A DNA stretch of 32,375 nucleotides. It comes from a virus (Duplodnaviria > Caudoviricetes). The translations under genes and the position numbers were made by a program. The notes under the pieces are model-generated. The model searched no databases. It was given only the letters and a program-made list of their open reading frames with translations, and had not been told where the DNA came from. The stretch is from the IMG/VR virus record IMGVR_UViG_3300023283_000317, positions 1 to 32,375 of that record; one strand, 5' to 3'. This document shows positions 25,335 to 32,375 of this stretch, piece after piece. Position 1 is the first letter of the stretch. Each line of letters starts with the position of its first letter.

Positions 25335-25772
25335 ATGCCGCAGACATTCCTCCTTGGCATGAACGCCAAGGTTTACCAGGGTCCCGAGGGCACGGACCTC
25401 GTGTCGCTGGACGAGATGGACAACGTCAAGGACGTGTCGCTCACGCTGGAGGCCGGTGAAGCGGATGTGACTACGCGGGCGAATCAGGGCTGGCGCGCCA
25501 CCGCGCCGACGCTGCGCGAGTGCACCGCCGAGTTCCAGATGCTCTGGAAACCTGGCGACGCAGCCTTCGAGGCAATCAAGACTGCGTTCCTCAGCGCCAC
25601 GCCCTTGCGCCTGGCCGTGCTCACCGGCGACGTCGCCGCCAGCGGCACCGAAGGACCGCTCGGCGACTTCTCGATCACGAACTTCAGCCGTGACGAGCCG
25701 CTCGAGGATGCGGTGATGACCAACGTCACCGCCAAACTCGCCAAGTTCGAAGAGTGGATCGAGGTCGCGTAA
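25335..25772 (+). CDS. Major tail tube protein (putative)
   Basis: AAGGAGG RBS; VKDVSLTLEAGEADVTTR...GW...EPLEDAVMTNVTAK; no sheath gene nearby. Confidence 0.75.
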   Translation: MPQTFLLGMNAKVYQGPEGTDLVSLDEMDNVKDVSLTLEAGEADVTTRANQGWRATAPTLRECTAEFQMLWKPGDAAFEAIKTAFLSATPLRLAVLTGDVAASGTEGPLGDFSITNFSRDEPLEDAVMTNVTAKLAKFEEWIEVA

Positions 25773-25852
25773 GCCCCCGCCCCCGGAAATCTTGGAAGCA
25801 GTGACCACACACGCATCCTTATAGAAGGACGCATCATAGAAGGACACATCCC

Positions 25853-26350
25853 ATGAAGACATTCAACGACGCGGGCGGGCGCACCTGGTCGATCACGCTG
25901 ACACTCGGCACCGCCATGCACGTCAAGACCAAGCTGGGCATCGACCTGCTCCAGCCGGAATCAGGTGACGATTCCGGGGGGCCGCCGTTGCTGACGCGAT
26001 TGGGCACCGACGAGATGCTGCTGGGCGAGGTGCTCTGCGCCATGCTCGAATCACAGTTCGAGAAGAACAACGTCAGCGCCGAGGACGTCCAGGCGTCGTT
26101 CGACGGCCAGACGCTGCTGGCGGCGCAGAAGGCGTTCTACGAGGAGATGATCGATTTTTTCCGCTCGCGCGGCCGCAACGATCGGGCCAAGGCGGTCGCC
26201 AAGCAGATGGCCATGATCGACGCCGCAATCGAAGCGATCGAGACGCGCATCGACGGGATCGACATCGACAAGACGATCGCTGGGGTGATGTCTGGCGAAT
26301 CGCCGGAAGCCTCGGACTCGGTCCCGGCGATTCCGGGATCGGCGGGCTGA
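25853..26350 (+). CDS. Tail assembly chaperone (putative)
   Basis: Follows the tail tube gene; helical acidic protein. Confidence 0.65.
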   Translation: MKTFNDAGGRTWSITLTLGTAMHVKTKLGIDLLQPESGDDSGGPPLLTRLGTDEMLLGEVLCAMLESQFEKNNVSAEDVQASFDGQTLLAAQKAFYEEMIDFFRSRGRNDRAKAVAKQMAMIDAAIEAIETRIDGIDIDKTIAGVMSGESPEASDSVPAIPGSAG

Positions 26351-26370
26351 CGCTGCGGCAACTGCTGTGG

Positions 26371-26604
26371 ATGGCCGAGGGCCTCGGGCGCGAGCGCTGG
26401 GCGCACACGTCGCTGATCTGCACGCTGATCGCCAACGCACACCGCGACCCGAAGAAGCGCCGGCCGTTCACGCCGTCTGACTTCGACCCTTATGCACGCC
26501 GAGATCGGTCATCACGGATGGTGGCCGACAAGCAAGACCTGGCTCTGCTCCGCGACGCACTCGAAGCCCGCCCCAATAAGAGCCCTCAACCGAAAGGCAA
26601 CTGA
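26371..26604 (+). CDS. Second tail chaperone ORF, possibly a -1 frameshift extension
   Basis: In the -1 frame of the upstream gene; protein-like sequence extends 5' of the first ATG. Confidence 0.6.
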   Translation: MAEGLGRERWAHTSLICTLIANAHRDPKKRRPFTPSDFDPYARRDRSSRMVADKQDLALLRDALEARPNKSPQPKGN

Positions 26605-26606
26605 CC

Positions 26607-26984
26607 ATGGACATCGCCGCATTCATCGATTCGCTCTCCGAACTGTTCAACTCCGGCTTCGGCTTCGCCCTGATCTGGGCGCTGCTGGTCGGTCTGTTCT
26701 TCTGGCTGTCGAGCGCCTTCAACCCGTTCGAAGAGAAGTGGAAGCGTTGGGAGGGCTCGATCATCACCGGCATCAAGCTGGCCGAGAAACAGATCCCCGA
26801 CGACACGCCCAACGCCGGGCTGGCCAAGTTGGATGCTGCACTGCGGTTCGTGCTCAAGGCCTACGCCGACGCGAACAACGGTAAGCAGCCGCCGGCCAAG
26901 CTCATCGAGCAGATCAAACAGGGCATCCAGATCAAGCACGCCGATCTGGACCGATTCGGCGGTCTCAGCGCCCGCAAACCCTAA
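26607..26984 (+). CDS. Membrane protein, holin-like candidate
   Basis: N-terminal TM FGFALIWALLVGLFFWL then IKLAEK...AKLDAAL. Confidence 0.6.
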   Translation: MDIAAFIDSLSELFNSGFGFALIWALLVGLFFWLSSAFNPFEEKWKRWEGSIITGIKLAEKQIPDDTPNAGLAKLDAALRFVLKAYADANNGKQPPAKLIEQIKQGIQIKHADLDRFGGLSARKP

Positions 26985-27006
26985 CCCCATGGGAAGGACC
27001 CCACGC

Positions 27007-27372
27007 ATGAAGACCACACGATCGTTGCTGTTCATCGCCATTGTTCTGGCGCTCACCGCCGCTGCCGGATGCGCCGCCACACCGGAGGACCGCTGGTTCC
27101 AGCAGCGCGATGCGCTGAACACCGCCAACCGCATCTACCTGGCCCACGTGCCGGTCATGTCCGACAAGCAGGTCGTGCACTACGGCGAACTGCTGCGAGC
27201 GGCCCGAGCCGAACTGGACAAGGCCAAGACCCAGTTGCCGCACGGCGGGTCCACGTTCGACACGACTCTGAACGTCGTCGAATCGATTCTCGCCCGCGTC
27301 GCCATGCTCGAAGCAGAAGCCGCAGCGAATCAACCACTCAACACGGAGGACACACCTCATGACGCCCGTTGA
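27007..27372 (+). CDS. Lipoprotein
   Basis: MKTTRSLLFIAIVLALTAAAG-C signal peptide and lipobox; AAGGA RBS. Confidence 0.72.
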   Translation: MKTTRSLLFIAIVLALTAAAGCAATPEDRWFQQRDALNTANRIYLAHVPVMSDKQVVHYGELLRAARAELDKAKTQLPHGGSTFDTTLNVVESILARVAMLEAEAAANQPLNTEDTPHDAR

Positions 27373-27565
27373 AATCCTCGCACTCGTCCAAGCCGCCCGG
27401 TCGCTTCTCGAACTGGGCATCTCGCAGTACCGCCTCGCCGAGCAGGAGGGGCGGCTCACCGACGAACAGAAGGCGGCGATCCTCGCCGCCGCCGAACTCA
27501 CCGACGACCAGGTGGACGCCGTCGTCGCCGCCGCCCGTCAGCGTCTTTCGCATCCGCCCTCTTGA
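27359..27565 (+). CDS. Small amphipathic helical protein
   Basis: GGAGG RBS; overlaps the lipoprotein stop. Confidence 0.65.
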   Translation: MTPVEILALVQAARSLLELGISQYRLAEQEGRLTDEQKAAILAAAELTDDQVDAVVAAARQRLSHPPS

Positions 27566-27636
27566 TGAGCAACGGAATGTGTTGTGTGCATGTGCACCGC
27601 GAAAACATGGCCAAATCAAACAGAGAGCCAATGACT

Positions 27637-28152
27637 TCAGCGTATCTTCAACATCTTCTTGAATTTCTTCTCGGCGGCATTGGGCTTGCCAGGTGTCGAG
27701 CGAATCACACCTTTGATCGTCCATTGCGGGATGCTCTTGGTGCTCTGTACGTTGCAGAGGTCTGGATTTCGATTTACGGCGAACTGAATGAGTTCCTTCT
27801 CCATGTGATTCAGTTCTGCGGCCGGAACCTTGCGCCTGTTATCGAACGGGGCCACGAAGAACAACACTGGCGTGCCCTTATGTCCGCGAAAGAGGGCATC
27901 GTTGTAGTGGTTCAGTTTGTGCGAAGTGAACGTCTCTTGCTTGAATCCCTTGCTCGCTTTGCCCACGTACCAAGGTTTGAACCCCTTAGCTGCTCGCATG
28001 CCAAACACATAACAGCCTTGTTTCAGCTTGAGTGCTTCGACCTCAGGCTGCGCCCAAAAGCTGTTGCCGTGCTGTGCGGTGACGCGCTTAACCGCGCCGT
28101 TCTTGTCGAAGCCGATGTCGAACGGTCCATACACCCTGAGATCTGTAGCCAT
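27637..28152 (-). CDS. Stand-alone GIY-YIG-like nuclease (moron)
   Basis: GCYVF...WYVGKA, helix MEKELI, PDLCN; lower GC; opposite strand to neighbours. Confidence 0.72.
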   Translation of the reverse strand: MATDLRVYGPFDIGFDKNGAVKRVTAQHGNSFWAQPEVEALKLKQGCYVFGMRAAKGFKPWYVGKASKGFKQETFTSHKLNHYNDALFRGHKGTPVLFFVAPFDNRRKVPAAELNHMEKELIQFAVNRNPDLCNVQSTKSIPQWTIKGVIRSTPGKPNAAEKKFKKMLKIR

Positions 28153-28211
28153 GAGAATCGCCTTGCGTTGAGGACTCGATCGGACACGACAGATTAGACC
28201 GGATGGACTGA

Positions 28212-30224
28212 ATGGCATCAACACAAGGCATCCGAGCAGGCCGCGCGTTCGTCGAGCTGTTCGCCGACGACAGCAAGCTGGTGCGGGGACTCCGCGCCGC
28301 CGAGAAGAAGCTCAAGGCTTTCGGTCAGGGTATCCGCAACCTTGGCCTGAAGATCGTGGGCCTCGGCGCGGCGATCCTCGCACCGCTTGCCGCGTCGGCG
28401 AAGCTGTTCAGCGGCTACGGCGACCAGGTCGCCAAGATGGCCAAGCGCACCGGCCTGAGCGTAGAGACGCTCAGCGAACTGCGTTTCGTCGCGTCGCAGA
28501 CCGGCACGGAGTTCGAGTCGCTGGAGATGGCGTTCCGCAAGATGCAGCGATCGATCTTCGACGCCGGACGTGGGCTGTCGACGCAGACCGACGCGCTGGA
28601 TGAACTGGGCCTGAAGTTCGAGGACCTCGACGGCTTGTCGCCCGAGCAGCAGTTCAAGCTGCTGGCCGACCGGATCGGCAAGGTAGAGGACCCGACCAGG
28701 CGCGCGGCGATCGCCATGAGCCTGTTCGGCCGCACCGGCACCAACCTGCTGCCGATGTTCGCCGCCGGGGCCAAGGGCATCGAGCAACTGCAGGAAGAAG
28801 CCCGTCGGCTGGGACTGACCATGAGCAAGGAGGACGCCGAGGCGGCCGAGCAGTTCACCGACGCGCTCGATTCGCTGTGGAAGGTGATCAAGATGGGCGT
28901 GTTCAACGTGGGCGCTGCGCTCGCACCGGCGCTGCAGATGGTGGCCGAGAAGATCACGGCCGTCGCGATCAGGATCAGCGAATGGATCAAACAGAACCGC
29001 CAGGTCATCGTGACCGTGCTCAAGGTCGCGTCGATCGTCGTGGCCGCCGGCGTGGCGCTGGTCGTCCTGGGGACGATCATCTCCGGCCTCGGATCGGCCA
29101 TTGGTCTGTTGGTCACGGTCGTCACCACGATCGTGGGTGTGCTCAAACTCCTGGCGGCGGCGATCGCCTTCCTCGTCTCGCCCATCGGCCTGGTCATCGC
29201 AGCGTTCGCTGCGTTGGGTACGTTCATCCTCCAAGCCACCGGCGTGGGAGTCAGAGCGCTGGATTGGCTTGGCAAGCGTTTCAATGCGCTCAAGGACACG
29301 GCGCTGGCCGCGTGGCGCGGCATCGCCGACGCCTTGGCCGCCGGGGACATCGGCCTGGCGGCGAAGATTCTTTGGCTGACGCTCAAGCTCGCATGGCAGA
29401 CAGGCATCGACCAACTCAACCGTCTGTGGCTGGCATTCAAGACCGGGTTCCTCAAGATCGCCAGCGAGGCGTTCTTCGGCGCGGTCGCGGCATTGCAGAT
29501 CGCCACGCATGCGCTCGAAGTGGCATGGATCGAGACGACCGCGTTCCTCAGCAAAATCTGGACGAAATTCACAGCCGGATTCCAGAAGGCCTGGGGCAGC
29601 GCGGTGAACTGGACGGCCAAGCGGCTGCTCGAACTGCAGGGTCTCTTCGACGACACCTTTGACGTGGACCAGGCCAAGCGGCTGGCCGACCAGCAGAACG
29701 ACGCGGACAACCGGCGCATCGATCGTCAACGCGAGGCGGCGCTGGCGTCGCGCGAGCAACAACGCCAGCAGCAACGTGAACAGTCCGAGCAATTGCACGA
29801 AGCCACGCTGGCCCAGATCGGCAAGGAGGCGGACGAGCGTCTCAAAACGCTCGACGCCGAGGCCGAGGCCAAACGCAAGACGACCCAGGACGCGCTGAAC
29901 CAGGCGCGGGAGGAGTTCCAACAGGCGGTTGACGAAGCGCGACGGAAGCGCGAAGCCGCTGAATCAGTTGACGATCCTGATCGATTGGAAGGTTCCGGCG
30001 ACATCATTGAGAAGGCGCGTCGAGCGCTGGATGGACTTGGCGATGTGGTCGAGCAGGAGGCCGAGAAGATCGGCGTGCGCGGCACGTTCAACGCCGCCGC
30101 GATCCAGAGTCTGCAGTCCGGCGGGAAGACCGAAGAGCGGATCGCCAAGGCCGCCGAGGAGACCGCGAAGAACACGCGCCGCATCGAGCAGGCGATCAAC
30201 GACCACGCGATCGCCTTCGCATAA
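28212..30224 (+). CDS. Tape measure protein
   Basis: RAGRAFVELFAD start, KMAKRTGLSVETLSEL, LFGRTGTNLLPM, hydrophobic Ala/Gly core, coiled-coil C-terminus. Confidence 0.88.
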   Translation: MASTQGIRAGRAFVELFADDSKLVRGLRAAEKKLKAFGQGIRNLGLKIVGLGAAILAPLAASAKLFSGYGDQVAKMAKRTGLSVETLSELRFVASQTGTEFESLEMAFRKMQRSIFDAGRGLSTQTDALDELGLKFEDLDGLSPEQQFKLLADRIGKVEDPTRRAAIAMSLFGRTGTNLLPMFAAGAKGIEQLQEEARRLGLTMSKEDAEAAEQFTDALDSLWKVIKMGVFNVGAALAPALQMVAEKITAVAIRISEWIKQNRQVIVTVLKVASIVVAAGVALVVLGTIISGLGSAIGLLVTVVTTIVGVLKLLAAAIAFLVSPIGLVIAAFAALGTFILQATGVGVRALDWLGKRFNALKDTALAAWRGIADALAAGDIGLAAKILWLTLKLAWQTGIDQLNRLWLAFKTGFLKIASEAFFGAVAALQIATHALEVAWIETTAFLSKIWTKFTAGFQKAWGSAVNWTAKRLLELQGLFDDTFDVDQAKRLADQQNDADNRRIDRQREAALASREQQRQQQREQSEQLHEATLAQIGKEADERLKTLDAEAEAKRKTTQDALNQAREEFQQAVDEARRKREAAESVDDPDRLEGSGDIIEKARRALDGLGDVVEQEAEKIGVRGTFNAAAIQSLQSGGKTEERIAKAAEETAKNTRRIEQAINDHAIAFA

Positions 30225-30242
30225 GCACAGGGAAGTGCGTTC

Positions 30243-31043
30243 ATGGCAGTCACGGTTCAAGAGCGATACGGCAGGCGTCTCAGCGATGAAAGCGCTGAAC
30301 TGCTGTACCTCATCCGTGGCACGACCGACGATGCCACGGCACGCGCGGCGCTGCTTGGCAATTCGCCTGATTTCCACGACGGCCTTCCGCGCGACGACAC
30401 CGAGGTCGAGGAACTTGAAGGCCTCGACGCCTACCTCGGCACGGTGCGGTACGTCTCACCGGACGGGCAGCCGCCGGACACCGGTGAATCTTCGTTCTCG
30501 TTCGATACAACCGGCGGCACCCAGCACATCACCCAGTCGCTGAACACGGTGGGCACCTACGCCTCGCCCGCCATCCCCGCCGCTCCCGACTTCGGCGGCG
30601 CGATCGGCGTGACGCAGGACAACGTCGAGGGCGTGGACATCACCGTCCCGGTCTACTCGTTCTCCGAAACGCATTACATCCCCGCCGGCCAGGTGACCAA
30701 CGCCTACAAAGGCACGCTTTTCAATCTGACCGGCAAGGTCAACGACGGCGGCTTCCGCGGGCTGGCGGCCGGGGAGTGTCTGTTCCTCGGCGCGACGGGT
30801 TCGCGCCGCGAATCCGAGGACGACTGGGAGATCACGTTCCGCTTCGCCGGCAGTCCCAACAAAACGGGCCTGACGGTCGGTGACATCGCAGGCATCTCGA
30901 AGAAGGGCTGGGAGTACCTCTGGGTGCGCTACCAGGACACCGAAGACGACAACGCCAAGATGCTGATCAAGAAGCCCGTCGCGGCTTATGTCGAGCAGGT
31001 CTACGACGAAGGCAGCTTCGCGGCGCTGGGAATCGGAACGTAA
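30243..31043 (+). CDS. Putative distal tail/baseplate protein
   Basis: Directly after the tape measure gene; acidic, Gly/Thr-rich; KKGWEYLWVRY. Confidence 0.6.
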   Translation: MAVTVQERYGRRLSDESAELLYLIRGTTDDATARAALLGNSPDFHDGLPRDDTEVEELEGLDAYLGTVRYVSPDGQPPDTGESSFSFDTTGGTQHITQSLNTVGTYASPAIPAAPDFGGAIGVTQDNVEGVDITVPVYSFSETHYIPAGQVTNAYKGTLFNLTGKVNDGGFRGLAAGECLFLGATGSRRESEDDWEITFRFAGSPNKTGLTVGDIAGISKKGWEYLWVRYQDTEDDNAKMLIKKPVAAYVEQVYDEGSFAALGIGT

Positions 31044-31059
31044 CTCCCGGAATTGAACC

Positions 31060-32375
31060 ATGGGTGACGCCCTGAAGAAAGTCCAATCCGGCGACCCGCT
31101 GGTCATCCCGGCGGCGACGTTCAACGCGTTTGTCGACGCCGCGTTCGACTTCCGTCGCCGTCAGCGGGGCCTCGGCCGCGACAGCCAGGCGGTGTTCCGC
31201 CAGCTCGACATCATCCCCGTGCGCAACGACACGGGCGAAGACCTCGACCGGTTCAGCGCCGTCGGCATCGCCGCGCCGATCATCGGTCCCGATGTCAACG
31301 CCGACGAGTTCAAGAATCGCGCCACCGCGATCGGCGTCAAACCGATCGTGCCCGACCATCGCGGGCGCTTCGCGGTTTACCTTGAGCCGGTGAAGGACGG
31401 CAGGATCGCCCCGGCCTGCGTCAGCGGTGCCATTCCCTGCCGGATCAACGTCGAGGAAGAGACGCACCTGCGCGCCGACATCGAGCACGACGAAACGATC
31501 CTGCTGACCGGTCACCACGGCGGCGCTGAGATTCTCTGGAAGGAATCGGGCAAGGGCGTCAAGTGGGCGCTGGTCAAGGTGGGCATCGCCGAGCCGCTGG
31601 CGATCACGTTCGATGTGAAGCTCGTCAAGGCGGACGGTGAGCCGGGCGAGAACTGCGAGGAAGACTGCTCGTTCAAGTACGACATCTACGACATCCACAC
31701 CGGCGAGAAGCTCAGCGAAGACGACGAACCGCAGGAGCCGATCCAGTCGGACATCCGCCCGAAGAAGACGCAGATGATCGCCGCCACACGTGGCACGGCG
31801 TACTGGACGGTCAAGGAGGTCGACGGCAAACCCAAGATCGCCGTGCAATTGGAGGAGGCGTTCGAGGAACCGACGCCCCGCGCCCAGCAGTACGTCGTCA
31901 CCGGCATCACGTGCGACGACCCCGGAAGCGGCAGCGGGTCGGCCTCCGGGAACGGAGGCGGCGGCACGCTCGGCCACGGTAATTCCGGGGGCGACGACTG
32001 CTGCGACTTCACGCTCAAGTACCACACATCGAAGGTGTGCTACCCGCCCGGCGTGAAACTCGAAGACGGCCCGACCTACACCGTGCGCTGCGGCAGTTCA
32101 TCCAGCGGCTCATCGTCGGGATCGAGCTCCGAGTCGTCGGGCGGCTCGCCCAGTGGATCGGGCAGCCCGTCGGGGTCACCTTCATCCAGCGGCAGCCCGA
32201 GTTCGAGCAGTTCGGGTCCGCCGAGCAGTTCGAGCGGTAGTTCACAAGGATCGTCATCGCCCAGCAGCGGGCCGCCGCCATCCGGTAGTTCTGGACCACC
32301 TCAGTTACCGCCCCCGCCGAACGAGCCGGGGTATTACCAGCTCTGCGTCTGCTACGACGGCACGGTTCACTGGAC
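31060..32375 (+). CDS. Tail-associated protein with Cys-rich segments and a Ser/Gly/Pro linker (3' truncated; not in the ORF track)
   Basis: Open frame from ATG 31060 (MGDALKKVQSGDPLVIPAATFNAF...) to the window end with no stop. Confidence 0.75.
   Translation, partial: MGDALKKVQSGDPLVIPAATFNAFVDAAFDFRRRQRGLGRDSQAVFRQLDIIPVRNDTGEDLDRFSAVGIAAPIIGPDVNADEFKNRATAIGVKPIVPDHRGRFAVYLEPVKDGRIAPACVSGAIPCRINVEEETHLRADIEHDETILLTGHHGGAEILWKESGKGVKWALVKVGIAEPLAITFDVKLVKADGEPGENCEEDCSFKYDIYDIHTGEKLSEDDEPQEPIQSDIRPKKTQMIAATRGTAYWTVKEVDGKPKIAVQLEEAFEEPTPRAQQYVVTGITCDDPGSGSGSASGNGGGGTLGHGNSGGDDCCDFTLKYHTSKVCYPPGVKLEDGPTYTVRCGSSSSGSSSGSSSESSGGSPSGSGSPSGSPSSSGSPSSSSSGPPSSSSGSSQGSSSPSSGPPPSGSSGPPQLPPPPNEPGYYQLCVCYDGTVHW

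Noticed and set aside
27562-28197. 211-aa plus-strand ORF
   Set aside because: The opposite strand carries GIY-YIG motifs and a promoter; this frame has no recognisable features
28181-28210. CGGACA-N13-CGGATGG as another phage-sigma promoter
   Set aside because: Upstream box and spacing fit, but the GGCATACATA core is missing
1-32375. Apparent abundance of GATC/CGATCG (HIP1-like)
   Set aside because: Not counted, and plausibly explained by ATC/GAT/GAC codon usage in GC-rich genes

Overview
GC-rich (roughly 65% by eye) window covering most of a temperate tailed prophage with a probably non-contractile tail. Gene content resembles Planctomycetota-type prophages, but the host is an inference. 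Left to right: the 3' end of an IS630 transposase inserted into the 5' part of a Cys-motif/HTH gene; a phage-encoded sigma-70/ECF-like factor; a recombination/replication module (Cas4/AddB-like nuclease, Sak4-like ATPase, DUF669 SSB, ERCC4 nuclease, RecD2-like helicase, primase-SF3 helicase, iteron-rich putative origin); a candidate lambda-like cos site; a ParB-DNA methyltransferase; an opposite-strand accessory block (Fic, HTH proteins, DUF6900); terminase; HigBA; a degenerate tRNA-Met; head genes (gpW-like, portal, protease-capsid fusion, DUF2190); neck and tail genes interrupted by membrane/lipoprotein genes and a GIY-YIG moron; tape measure; and a Ser/Gly/Cys-rich tail protein running off the end. 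No integrase, repressor or endolysin is recognisable here. Main unexplained signals: a dispersed 9-mer CCCCCGGAA (14 exact copies by manual scan, both strands, often in apparent protein-loop insertions), a repeated GGCATACATA motif at operon starts (candidate phage-sigma promoter), and tRNA-Met-like structures in operon leaders.
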